This document shows, piece after piece, positions 9,017-22,436 of a DNA stretch of 64,000 bases. A program made the translations under genes and the position numbers. The notes beneath the pieces were generated by a model. It was not told where the DNA came from. It ran no database searches and was given only the letters and a program-made list of their open reading frames with translations. The first letter of the stretch is position 1. Each line of letters begins with the position of its first letter. This DNA is from Balanoglossus misakiensis (taxonomy: Eukaryota; Animalia; Hemichordata): the NCBI GenBank assembly GCA_040954595.2, contig CM082594.2, positions 5,813,319 through 5,877,318 on the forward strand, given 5' to 3'.

Positions 9017-11015
9017 GACGGATAAAACGAGTATCAGATGTCAGCAAATTATCAAAGTTGACAAGCTCTGCTTATATGTGCATGCTTCCTATTTCAACCC
9101 CTTTACAGACAGAGTGTCTGTTTACCACTAGAAATGCTTTGACATCCGATGCACCATCGGTCTCCACAGTCACGATCGCCAGGGCTGCAACCTCGCCACC
9201 CAATTCCAGCAGAAAGTAATTTGACATCTCACGCTTCCTGGCAACGAATACAAAACAGGGGAGGTGCCATTAGAGAGAGATCCGATGTGCGTGAAGTTGG
9301 CATTAAGCAAGAATGATGATCGCCGTTAAATAAACAAGAATAATTGACTGCGTTCGGGTGCTGTAATTGCCTCTCTTCGCGAATAAAGCCCGGAGTGAGC
9401 ATGACGAAATGAAATTAACACACGGCTAGCGAGTTCAGGAGATTGTCTCTTTTTCATCAAAGCGGAAAAACTCTGTAGTTCGAAGGGTTTATTTTGAGGG
9501 GGCTGGTTGGCCAGCCATGTACATTTTCATAGTTGATCAGAAGAGTGCTGAATATTTGACCTATGACCTTTGAAATATGGATAACGCTGATTGTAATTAT
9601 GTTGCATTGAAGGTTACACAAAATGTATACAATTTTCAGGTTTATAAAAATAGAGAAAGGACATTGGATGTAGCTGGCGACAATTAGGCTTATGTTCACC
9701 ATGTGTTACAATATAAATACATTTTATTTTTTCATTTACATGCAGTGATAACTGTTATCACAGCAGAGGATTTCGCGCTCTATTAGCGCTCGCTATTATG
9801 TAGACGGCTTCGATGAGTTGGCTCGTGTTGTGTCTAGAATGTATGCACAGTTTGGAATGCCGTATTCTGATTTCATGTCTTCCAAAGCGCGGCGCCACAA
9901 CCTTATAGATTTTCCATCAAAAATCAATGTATCAAGTTCGGATGCCACATATTCCTCCAAAAATAAACAGTTCACTCGCTTAGCGATTTAGTGATAAACC
10001 GAAAAAAAAAACATTATTTAGGGTTAACCCCCCCCCCCCTCCCCCACACACACACACACATTTCAGAATCATAATCTCTCTACCACAGTGACAGTTGTAG
10101 CATAGCATTTCACCCACGATTCCGTACAAGCAAAGCTCCATGATTTATCATTGTTATCGAATACAATCAAACGTAGGTCTAAGATTAATTTCCTTTGGGA
10201 AACAAACATACAATAGGCAAGGAAGCTCCGCATTGAAGCCATGTTTTTGCGGATCTTGATATTTATGTCGTCCGTGCCACAAAAAATCATCAGTTGACAC
10301 ACGAAAGGAATGGTCCTTTTACAGAGCAGAGTATTTCTTGCAAACTATTCTGCAGCACTTTTGCATAAATCACTTGACTAACCTGCGCTTTTCTTTCTGG
10401 CAAACATGTGCATCCGATATCATGCCCTGCGTGTGCATGCAGCGTGAATGGCATATACATGTAGATTGGTTTTGCTATGCAATCCCATAAGGTTGACCGC
10501 AGAGCGGGATAGCTCTTCTATTCCAGGCAGTATGACTGCATAAGTCCCAGCCGGATATGGGCAGAGCATTTTCACAATTTCCATCTGCACTTTATGTTGA
10601 GTGACTGATGTCATTTTGGAGCAGGTTTCTTAAAAGCACATGGCCTTTCCTCTCAGCCTGATATCGCCGGCGGAGCTCAAAAACCAGTTTTTGCGAGGTT
10701 TGCATGAACCAGATTTGGTTGACCGGCTACGTTTAATGACAATTATTGTTTGCATGTATATCATGCGATTGTGTCGTCCACTTTGGATCCTGTCGTGTAA
10801 TTTTCTGCATGGCTCCCTGAAATGTCATTTTCCGCATGACGTGAAGTCTTTAAATGTTCACTTCAGCTCAAACGATCTTCCAACGTTGACCAACCTTTGA
10901 GTAGCGGGTGATACGGTGTGGGTTAACCCGTACATGCTGTCAAAATGTACTCTAAAGAAACCTTGAAGATTCAAATATCCAAATGTAAGGTTTTTTCTTG
11001 TGTTGTGTGAGCTGT

Positions 11016-11081
<66 letters not shown>
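11016..11081. repeat. (ATC)n microsatellite, about 22 units
   Basis: Direct inspection. Confidence 0.98.
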
Positions 11082-11082
<1 letters not shown>

Positions 11083-11906
11083 CTGGCAAAACAACTATTA
11101 TTGACACGAATTTCACCAGTAGCTTCAAATCGGCGACTGGATAAGCTATAAAACTAAAAAAAGCCGAAACAGCGATCATGGGAAATGAAAGAAAAAGAAA
11201 ATGATGGACAAATCCTCTATAAAGTTACTACCTAAAAGAGGCTTGAAGTGCACTTAGGAAACGCTATACCCGGATTACAGCCGCTATAAAGGCCAATCTG
11301 CTTTTATATGTTCGTCGGTGCACCCTTCGTACCTTTTAATGTTGACAGGCGACTCACGACGCGGATGTTTTTGATGATAGCGATGGCAGAGGTCTAACAA
11401 TGATGCATTAGCACAGATCCCGCGCCGAGGAAGTGCTTAAGGCAATTTATATCATCGCCAGCGACGCCAGAATTAAAAGTAACGCGGCAATATAACAGGC
11501 TTTTGTTAGCATGGAAATGTTTGACCCATAATTTATTGCAGATTTAACCTAGCCTTCAATTATTCAAATGGGGCACACCGTAAAACGGCCTGTTTTTGAT
11601 GCAGTGTTGTCGTTCGCACAAAGAACTCGTTATCAATACATAAAGACGAAAATTTTGGCAGCCGATGATTGTAATCCGAAGATTTATAGAGTTGTCTTTT
11701 TTCAGAAATCGCAAGGTGCGAATATATAGAAATCTGATATCAAATTCCATTTTTCGGATCAAAGATTGATTTATCCCCGAAAATTTTCCCTTATTAATAT
11801 TCATAAAGATACAGTGAAATTTAGTCGTGTAATGGAATTATATTAATTATTAGTGAAAGGATGCGCGTGCAGCTAGAAGGACACAATCTGAATTGTTACA
11901 CGTTAA

Positions 11907-12077
11907 AGGTATACTGTCACCTCTCTATATATATCCAAAAGGGCATGTCTAAGTGTTCCACTGACTTTGTGGTGGCGCACTTTTTTCGTGGATGCCACGA
12001 ACTGAAAATCTGTGGTTGGCTATATTTAAATTTTCCATGGCAACAGTGGTTAAATTTGCATAGGTGGCCGTGTACCT
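11907..12077. mobile_element. Kolobok-type MITE (TTAA target duplication, AGG termini)
   Basis: TTAA|AGGTATACTGTCACCT ... AGGTGGCCGTGTACCT|TTAA. Homologous to 41872-42056 in the opposite orientation. Confidence 0.8.
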
Positions 12078-14002
12078 TTAAGCAGGCGAAATTCTGCAGA
12101 GGGGCATGCATACTGGTCGAATGGCAGATTTATTGAAATTCTTCGGTCGAAGCAGTACAGGGAGCTGCACGGCAATTTCTGTGGGTCATCTTTCCCACCC
12201 ATCAAATTATACGTTTGCAGTGCCAACAAGTTGCTTATCTGTCACCTCGGGATGACAACGACACGCCCTGTTGGGAATGTGACCTGAAGTCCTGAATAAA
12301 ATTCATGCTGATGTCACCACCATCTTGCCAAATAAATCACCGACACACCATTACCTCGGAATGACACGCTCCTTTTATGATCGATGTGTTTTTAGAGAGA
12401 GACTTTACGACGCTCTATAAAATTACGAAAAAGCGCCCACGAAACACTTTCGCTTCAGAACAATGTGTTATGATTTATTTAGGCGGAAATTGTGTGTTTT
12501 CATGTTAAATGCAGACAGGCCCACACCTTCTGTCAAAACACTCGCCAAGAGCCAAGTAGAAGCAGAACAAACGATTGAAATTTAAAAGGAGACCCGATAA
12601 AACCCCTTTCTCACGCTCCCTTAGTAAAACAAGTTACAGCCCATGATTAAGGTACGCACATTGCGGCAGACGTTAATCGCAGATGGTGCAAGTGATCCAA
12701 TTAACAAAGCTGACAACAGTAATAGTTTGTTGTTTAATCTGAGAATTGTGATTGAACAGATTCATACGAGGCCTGGACACGCGATTGGCAATACGACGTG
12801 AACGGACTATTTCCGAGCGAAAAGCTGTGAAAATAAAACACACACTTGTTCCGATATCACCCACGATGAAACTGCGGTCGCGATGACACGTTTCTAAAAC
12901 GTGCGCCGTGAATGTTTAAAAAGCCTGGCGATTTTGACATATCACTGTTTACTTGTGCCATGAGCGATGTTCCTTTTACGATAAGATAGAATGCGTGGCT
13001 CTGCTGATACCTAAATCATTGCATTTTGAAAACTGAACAGCCCGTGATTATATTAAAATCTACTTAATTTACGACCTGCAATATGTTAACATGAAACGTG
13101 TTAGTGATCTCTGGAATTAACCCCTTATTGAACAGGATGTCATATTATTCAAATCTGAACAGTTTCCTTGTGAAGTCCTTGATGATTACACATTTTACAT
13201 TAGTTGGACTAAAATACTGTTTTGCTCATTAAGAGATTGTATGTTTGTTCATGTATGAGAAAATCAGGAAATTGGATTATACGGATAATTTTCACATATT
13301 CGTTCAAATAAATACCATATGTTTGGTTGCACTTCAAAATATGGCAGCGAATATAAAACACATGTACCACAGAAATCAGTGGTATTGCGTGTGGGCTCGG
13401 TGACAGCGACACAAAAGCAGTATTGAAACATATACATGTACATGTATACCATTCTGTATAAGACACTTGTAGGCTTAGAATATGCAGTGCTCATCATTTG
13501 AGTGACAAATATGCCACATTTGGACACGACATCTCTAAGTCTTGTTTTTTTTTGGAAGTCAGTGCACATGCAATACGCTGGCGTATGAACCACGCATCAT
13601 ATAGAATAAGTGTGCTTGCCTCCAGGGAGGGGTTTAGGATGTCTACTGAAGAACCTGAGAAAGGTTCCCCTTTAATTCATTTCTCTTACACTAGACAGTC
13701 CGATGCCCGAGGCGCGTGTTAAATTGCGCTAAGATTTCACTGGAATCCAGACGGAATTAGGTGAAATAATAGACGGAGACTCGCTCTGATATGATTAAAA
13801 CAGCATCTCTCGCACTGGTTTGTAAAATTGGCCAGAACAAGCAATGTGATAAGTCTCGGTGTTTAGTCTCCTTCAGCCCAGAGGGGGAGATATGTCGTAA
13901 TGCATAATGGATGTGGTCGTAAAAAGAATACATATATAGAAGGACGGGCAGGCAGGTAGAGATAAGCAAAGAAAACAAATTCACAAAGGCACGCATTCAA
14001 TC

Positions 14003-14125
14003 ATCTCTTATTTATACATGACCATATACGGTTAAAAGGGCGTGTCCAAGTCTTCGAATGATCACGTGATTGGCTATGTCTGATCTTTCCATGATAGCTG
14101 TGACTAAATTTGCATAGGTGACCGC
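14003..14125. mobile_element. Degenerate, internally deleted copy of the Kolobok-type MITE family
   Basis: Shares ccatatacggttaaaagggcgtgtccaag...gattggctat...tttccatgatagctgtgactaaatttgcataggtgacc with 11907-12077. Confidence 0.6.
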
Positions 14126-15595
14126 ATTATCATGGTATAAAAGTGTTACCGTGAGACAAACCAATAAGCGTACAGATATAGGAACCTGACGTTCACTGGC
14201 GCAGGTAAAAGACCCCTAAGATGGAAAGTGGACGACTTTTCGTTGCTTATCAAGTATTCCACACTGCATCTTAAGAGTGATTGCGTCATGCTGACACTTT
14301 GTAAACAATCCGTGACGGTTTACAGTTAACGCGAAAAAAAGTATAACAATTGTCCGACGGCCATTCGCAGAAAACACGCGCGAAGCAGAGGGGGATACCC
14401 ATCGCTCGAGGCTTAACAAAAGAAGGAAAATCAGATTCCAATGGCACAGCCTCCGCTGAAATATTTACAAATTGAAACTTATTTGATTGTTGAACACGGC
14501 GTCGTGTAAAATAGCGATTCACGCCTTCACCAATTGCTATTCTTTGCGATTTCGCATGTGACAAAACAATTCGTCAACCTCACACCCCGAAACGACAGGT
14601 GGTGTGATTTTTTTCATATCGGCGATTCCCGCCACGTCCGAAGTCTGAAACAGAAACGTGAAATTCACGCTTGTGAAACAGCTCATACAGCGTTTCCAGT
14701 GTCTGTCTCTATCTACAGCATCTCAAATCGCTCGCGGGGTAGTTCTTCGTCCAATACGACTTGTCGTTGTGTGTCGGGAAGGCGAATTGAATTAAATTGT
14801 GCACATTTGAGTTAAGTGGCGAGCAGTCCTTGAGTACGTTGTTTGCCTTGACAATTATGATCACCGTTTAATTCAACCGAGATCCCAGTATAGTGTCACT
14901 GTCACTCGAGAGAACGCTATTCTGAAATCTCACCGCTCCTTACCTTCAAAGGAAGAGGAAACTGATAGAAATTGGTTCCATATACATTGGCTTCTTGAAA
15001 AGAAGCGTTCTACTTTGATTAAAGCGTAGCCGCAGCAATCATAGTATAATGCAATTGGAGAATGAAATTAGATGGCATCATCATGTTATAGATCTTGACA
15101 TAAAAGCGCGGAAGTCGTTTGAATTTATTCCATACTGAATATCGTAATTGAAACGCACACAATTCTCTTCTTTCCGTTTTCCTTCGTACATATCCATAAA
15201 AATCGCTTAGTTTAGATTATACCTTGAAGATATACAATGTAGGTCTTTATGCAAATTTAGCCTCAGGTAACGTGGAACGTTGAGGTTCAGCCAATCACAT
15301 ATTTTTGCTCATTTGAATATTTGTCACGGGTTTGAGTTCATAACACGGACGACGCGCATGAAATCGACAAAAACAAATTATGGTAGTAAGGTATCACTTT
15401 TTGTCATAAATATTTTAGCTCTAAAGTTCCAAAAATAGATTACTGGTGATTCACTTGAGTGATAACTTAGATGAGGATTAGTAAGATGTCAACTCAAAAT
15501 AACCTTGCCTGAAGCGACGAAAAGTATCTTTCTTATTCAATGTCAGATTTTTCAGATGAAGTCTTGATCTCTCGGACTGCACTCTCTGTTTGTGT

Positions 15596-15597
<2 letters not shown>

Positions 15598-15642
<45 letters not shown>

Positions 15643-15799
15643 CGTGCGTACTGATTGACTGACTATGATTGTACATGTATGTATGTATGTATGTATGTAT
15701 GTATGTATGTATGTATGTATGTATGTATGTATGTATGTATGTATGTATGTATGTATGTATGTACATGTATGTGTATGTATATGTGTGTGCGTATGTATG
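15598..15799. repeat. Compound (GT)n plus (TATG)n microsatellite
   Basis: (GT)n at 15598-15638 and (ATGT)n at about 15675-15799. Confidence 0.97.
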
Positions 15800-16939
15800 A
15801 ATGCTATCCACCTGTAACTATGTCATAACCTACTTTTTAATGGCAAAACTCTGCCGATGTCAGAAAGATCTCTTTGCCGCGGGTCCTTTGTAATACGTTC
15901 CCAGCAACCGATCCTAAAGAGAAGTTAATTAAAAACACATTGCAGAAGTCGGGGAAATGGTTTCACCAGAGGAGTATGTTTAACATTTTCAAAGCGTCGA
16001 TTATCGAGAATCAACCCCTGCGTTTTACTTGTCGCATTTCAAATTATATTTTAAATTGCCTTTTTGCAGAGTTTTTCATCTCTGTGGCGCGTATCAATCT
16101 AGCGCGTGGCGTTATTTGGTGCAATCATCGGTGAAAGATGAATGTTAAAGTGCCGTGAACGCTCGATTATTGTTATTTCTCTCTTTCTGATAGTGGTACT
16201 CATGATTCGACCCACACTGTGTAAACCACTCGCCCATTTCCTCACTACCCCATATTTGAGATGTCTGCTACAATAATACGTAGCATGTTTCATATTCGTG
16301 CGGAGAAACGTGAAGGTGACTGCCATAAACGAAATAATGACGTCATTTCGAATCAATCTTATCTTACCACACTGCTATTTTCAGCTGTTTTGATAAACGA
16401 CATTCTATAACTGTAAACACTTTGTGACTAACAATTTCACTGGGATTGTAAATACGATGCGTAGTTATCTGTTTAGGTATTGGTTTCCAGTAACTAACAA
16501 TCCACGTTACACGTAAAGAAGAAATCAACGCGGGTCATTTACTAAACCTGTTTCAGAGTGACTCACAGGAGCCAATTAAAGTGATCAACACTAAACATAC
16601 GCCAAGAAAACAACCCGACCTTTATCATGCTTAGTTGAGGGAAAATGATTGATTTTAATACACTTTGATATACTACTCGTCATTGAAATGAAATATTGTT
16701 GACGTTATTACCATGACCTTGGACGTCGTTTGAAGGTCAGGTTATGAGGAAGAAACAGCTAATACAGTTTGAAGAGGAGAATTTAATTAGAAAGATGCCT
16801 TATCCTGGTGAGAGGCTTGTCTTCTCGAAGTTTCAGTGCGGCGGGTGGTGATATTTTTTTCACCAAATGAGAGTCCATTCAATTTGTATAGCGCGTGGAT
16901 TTTGGCGTATAAACCATGCTGATTTTGAAATTATGGGTA

Positions 16940-17110
16940 TAAGGTATAACTTATGTATACTATAGCCAAATCTACTATGAAAAGTTGAGATCCAACAAAT
17001 CACGGATTTTCGTTCTGCTGGCCACGCGAAAAAAGAGCGTTGCTACATCGTCATTAGTTGACATGGGCAAGATCTTTTAACCATATATGGGCATATGTAA
17101 ATTAGAGTCA
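16940..17110. mobile_element. Degenerate copy of the Kolobok-type MITE family
   Basis: gagatccaacaaatcacggatttt...ggccacgcgaaaaaagagcg...ttttaaccatatatgggcatatgtaaattagag aligns with the interior of 41872-42056. Confidence 0.6.
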
Positions 17111-20100
17111 GAGCGCAGGTGTTGAAATCACTTTCTCGTTTTAATTTCATGTTCAGTTTTCATCTCCAGGTGTTAGAAAAATGGAGCTTCTTTGCTTCTT
17201 CCTGTTTTGAGTTAGTATGGCGGTCTTCGACCCAGATTATTTGGTTGGACATAGGGGTTTCCTTTGGTGGTAGAGACTTCGATATACAACGATTCATATT
17301 TCAACGCATGATCGGCGACTGAGTACTGTGGAGGCAAACAGATTCGCTTCCAGGCAACAGACTATAGTTCAAAGTGAGTGAAATTGAAATATACGTGGGA
17401 TGTCTCCCAGAAACTGACAAATAGAGTCTAGAGTGATGTCTCCCATACTGTATTACGTCTGATCGGAATGTCAAGCTGTTGCCATGGACACAGGCAATCA
17501 TATATGACAAATCCGTTTTAATAAGTAACACATAAGAAGTGGTTAGGCTCATCTTAAAATCCCAAGTAAGTAAGTATCTATAAGAGTAAGCTGACTGTGC
17601 TATCATTCTCTCAATATGACTATGAGACTTAACTATAATAAGCATATAAGAGGAAAAGAAATTGGCGTAGGCCTATATAAGGCAGTCGAAAACGTCATGA
17701 GCTTACAAAGTGTGACAGATATACGCTCGTTGAAAAGTGATATGCCTGGTCAATCGTGAAGGATTTTTTTTCTATTTTATGTAGACAAAAAATGTGACAA
17801 ACGAGCGGATGGCTTATGTCTGGCTTACACTGACTCGAAAAAGTACATAAGCACCTTTTTCTTTTTCTCTCTTAAAGTCCGTTGAACTTTACCAACTTTA
17901 AAACCACATCAATTATATACGCTTTGCGTTAACGCAAATTACATATACGTGTATTGCCTGAAATGTATTTAATACGCATCATAATAACCTTGCGTGAATG
18001 TAGTCAGGCGTGAAACAGCTACGGCTGAAGCCGCGGACGCACCTTTTGTCATCATTTGATGGTCTTGATGAATGCAAGTATAGTGCCATGCTTAAATCAG
18101 ATCGCGGAAGACTTTACATGGCAGTTTATTACCCTGAATGTAAAATCCGTTTTGACGGAAAGCGAATATTTGTGAATATTTCATCACCATAGTCGGTATA
18201 CAGTGTAACCGTAGTACCCAAATAATGCCCTGATCGATATATCGAAGTTTGTAACGATTTCGCCCAATGGTGTCATTATGACATCACACAGCAAGTCCAT
18301 TTCATTATATAACATCACCAGCACTGCAGTTCAATGGTAACATTTGTTATTCGTCATAATGCAGGTGGATTCACATGATTGTTAATTTGCCCTGTAGGGT
18401 TTTATGGAACAGTCAAGTTGATTTGTGTTCTTTTGGGTCTAGTTTTCGAATTTATGTAGGCCACTGTATAATTCAATACTCCATTTAATTCTGTACCTCT
18501 TTGGTTATGCGTATCTAATTTCACACGTGCAAATTTACCCCTTGGCATACGTGTGCCCGTATACCCATAACAGCAAACCGTTAAACATGCTATACCGTAT
18601 ATAGTTGTAACATAAAAACGCCTCACGCGCTAGGGAAACAGGAAAAATGTAAATAACCGTGTAAATGTGTCAGTTTAAACAACGTTCTGTAATGAAAGTA
18701 GAGAGGTAATGGCTTTATAGCCAGATCATCACAGCAAGCATGGTTATCGCAAATGGTCCGATGAACGCATCATTCGCTCCTTCTTACATGTGTGCGAACA
18801 ATGCAAACATGGCATGCACGGATTTTGCCTTATGGCGAAAATCTTGTCAATGGGAGTCTGACATGCGGTTGATGCTGGTCTTTGAATTCTGGTTTGCCAG
18901 TGCAGCAACCTACTGAGGCGCCGTGCACCAGAAACGGCCATTAGGGAAGAACCATCGATTTCCTGGAAAGAATGGTGAGGCAAAAAATCGGGCAAATGAT
19001 AAGAAACGCGTTTCCAATTGCTCTTTATTGACCAGGAAGGAGATAATGAACATCATTTTGCGTTGTACGCATAAAATTACGATTTAATTTCGAATCTTGG
19101 TTGGTTTTGGGGTTTCTCTTGTGATGGAAGAATGGAACCTCAGGGTAATAAGGTTTCTCGATACCCACACAATTAAGCAGTGCACACAATTGAACACTAT
19201 TTGTAAGCTAACCATGCAGACCCGTGGTTGACTTTGTGACGTCATTCAGCAACTCTGTAAAAGAACGGGAACTAAACACAGATTTTGTATTTTAAATACC
19301 AAAAACGATATGTTTTATCCCTCATGACCTGTCCTTCTTAGGCACAGTCATATTTCCTTTCGATGTATATGTGTATGCAAGAGATATCGATTCTGAGGCA
19401 GAACAGAACACATTCAACGGTCTCTCCTCACAAAGCTACATGTATGCCATCGTTGATAAGCGATGAATAAACTAGTCCAAATTATATATCAGCTTACTTA
19501 CTAATGTAACATTGCCGTGGGACAGGCGTCTTGTGTGGATTGTGATATGCACACAGACCTCGACGCCTGGAATGAAATAAGACTCTAGAACGTTTACTTA
19601 GCGCATGAATAATGCATTCCTATTCGTGTTTTAATGCGTATTTGTTTGAACTGCTTTTTGTTATAATCCTGAGTCGAGCCTTTCCATGACCATGTCTGTA
19701 GATAATGTGTATTCTCAGAAACTGGGGATATATGACCTCGACCGTGAATTCAGCTCGTTGTATAAATCTTCCAAGCGACCATGTGACAGTCACGTGCACC
19801 CTGGACAAAAAAATACCTCTGGAGGAGTGACACGTTTACTGCATTTTTGAGTTCAAAGGATTCCAATAGATATAAACGTCACACCAACGGAATACAATTA
19901 AATAAGCCGCATCAGCTTACATTGTGTATTAATCCATCTGTCAAATTGTGGCATCTGCGGTGACCCCGAAGAAAACAAAGATTTTCATCTCTATAAACCT
20001 CTCGCAACGATTCGACATCCGCAGAGAAATACTGATCGCAAAGCACGGTTTTACTGCCCGCCTGGGCATTTCAAATCTAACGACTGCCCTGTCGTGATTT

Positions 20101-22342
20101 CAGCTTTATATAGATATAACAATATTATTTGGAATGCGTATGCCCTATGGAATAAATGCGGATTACACCGTCCGAGTGAAATATAGACAAGTTCCACTCA
20201 ATCTGTTTCCATCTGTAATAATTTGCAACAGCCACACTGCTGGTATCGCCGCTCCCCATCGTCCCGTAGGCGAATGCAACTTTAGGGCCTGTATTGATGT
20301 GATAAGAATGAACACTGTAATTACGGGTAAGCGCCTCCCACACTGAAATGCATGAACGGCCGATTTTTATAGCCTGGTAGACTCTTCTTAATTTACCAAC
20401 GAAAAAAAAACGTCATTGGCCTTTAACAGGTTCGAAGATATTCGCATGCATTGCACCCAGAAAGTTAAGAACCTCAATGTTTTCACATAATTTGATCGAA
20501 AATTATGTACCGTTCGTTTTTTTTAAATTCCCCAAAGAAAATCGTATATCAAAGTACTTTGTATAAATTACCAATATTTGCAATTTGTAATTCATTAACC
20601 CTGTGACAACACCCTGACTTAAGAGAATCACTGAATGTACGTTCTTATTAAGAGATACTGGCATACTTCTTCTCCGTTTGAAAATAGTTCCATGAAGCTT
20701 AAATTTGGATACGATTGACAGGTTTAAATGACTAATTTTTCTGACAACCTGCCCAGGAGATTACCAGTAGACAAAACGTAATGAAAAGGCCACCCAAAAA
20801 CGTACGTTTCAATTATCATGTAGATTTTGGATTTTCTCATCGCTGCACCCATATCGACTCAAAAATGCAGGTTGGCCTTTTCAATTACTACCGCGCTTCC
20901 AATTAGATGCATCCCCAGGGAAATGTTGCCAAATATAGCTTTTCAGGAAAGGTCGACATGTTTTGGGCTTTATTTTCCTGTTATTTTCACATTTGTCCCT
21001 CCCAGGAAAGGTTATAACCTACAGTGTCTGGCTCGCTGAAATTGTATCATGCCGCCATATTGCACGTAGGAACAATATGCAAATTAGTGAAGGCAGTAAA
21101 TTATTCACATTCATCCAGCCAATCAGTAGATGACCATTTTTGGCTTTTTCTGGATTTACTTTATCTACCGCTTCTGTGAGACGCGTCTTAAAAAAATCCA
21201 TACATTTAACTGAAACCGATTAAATTCTTTTAAACCACTCGATAACCCCTTGCATTTTCTAATTTATGTGGTGTAAATGCCACGTTGTATTTTGCAATTG
21301 GAATCTAGTTCCCTTGCGTCCTATTTCTCTTCTTGAAGGACAACACAGATCGTAAAACAAGGTGAAAATACAGCCTTTTGAGCCTGACGATTCAATGTGA
21401 GATATGACTTGGGATTTCTTTGTTAGCGTGCCTCTGAGAAATATAAGTTGGAATGTCATTATTTCAAGTAATTTTGCTTATTAAAAGAAGTGTTGGCATG
21501 AACTTGTAAAGAACCTACCACCAGCAACGTCAAAAGATTGCGATATTCTTTCCCGAAATTCTGATGCGTTCCAGAAAGAATCTCCCCCATATCGGAGCTT
21601 CTTCTCAACAAGAATCCCAGCTTAAGCGTACAGATTGGCCAGGATTGTGTCGGAGATTTTGAAATGATTGCATTGGGATATGGAATCCATTCCATGAAAT
21701 TGTAGGCAAATTGAAGTCATAGCTCCCTATAAAGAAATAATTGCAGAGAGAAATCGCTAATACCCTATTTCATAGGATACATTCATACTTATCCGAATGA
21801 ATCACCAAGTTGTAAGGAAGCTTATATTTATCTGATCTTACAAAAGGAGAAAGACGACATATTTATTGATTTATTTGGGGGGCTTGTGTTGTGTCAACTA
21901 ATGAGGACAATATAACTGCAGTCGCGCACTCTAGTGTGAGCAAACTTTCACACCCAACCCCTCATAATATTTTATAACTTTTCGAAGTATATATTTGCAT
22001 ATCAGTCGAGAAATTATTAATGACAATAGCTACGCTGTTGAATAAGAATGAATTTGTAACCAGATGATGTCGTGCATGCATTCTGATTATGTGTTAGCGT
22101 CCTTGTATATATATAACTGCATATTGGACGTTTCTGCAACGCGTTGTCAATAGGAACGCTGTGTATAGCAGGCGTGTCGTGTTTCAACGTGCAAACACCA
22201 TCGATCACTGCACAAAAAAATATTTTATGCTATGTATCGTATTTACAGACTTCTTATCTGTTCGTCAATATATGTAGATGTTACTCGGGCAATTTCAAAA
22301 AGTCAAGTGCCACCAGTATCGATACTCATGGTAAACAACCAA

Positions 22343-22436
22343 TTATGCAAATTTAGCCACAGCTACCATGGAAAGGTGACGTCTTTTAACCATATATGGG
22401 AGTATGTAAATTAGAGGTGATGGTATCCTTTTTAAC
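22343..22436. mobile_element. Internally deleted copy of the Kolobok-type MITE family
   Basis: atgcaaatttagccacagctaccatgg joined to ttttaaccatatatgggagtatgtaaattagaggtgatggtatcctttttaa. Confidence 0.6.

Noticed and set aside
8579-9219. MYVC/HTYI-repeat ORFs (also at 15533-15811 and 54086-54553) and the poly-Met ORF at 10952-11179
   Set aside because: They are translations of microsatellites.
9746-9990. Possible exon 2 for exon A after the acceptor ...ttacatgcag (VITVITAEDF...)
   Set aside because: The phase-1 frame hits a stop after 13 codons with no convincing donor; the resemblance to NPR exon 2 would need a frameshift.
10028-10922. Possible decayed piggyBac element (GGGTTAACCC at both ends; Cys-rich minus-strand peptide VCQKEKRR..KCCRIVCKK)
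   Set aside because: The TIRs do not match beyond a few bases, and the peptide is broken by stops. It would need a tBLASTx or Dfam search.
21470-21720. Minus-strand frame of about 80 codons with one internal stop
   Set aside because: No recognisable domain or splice signals; possibly an old TE fragment.
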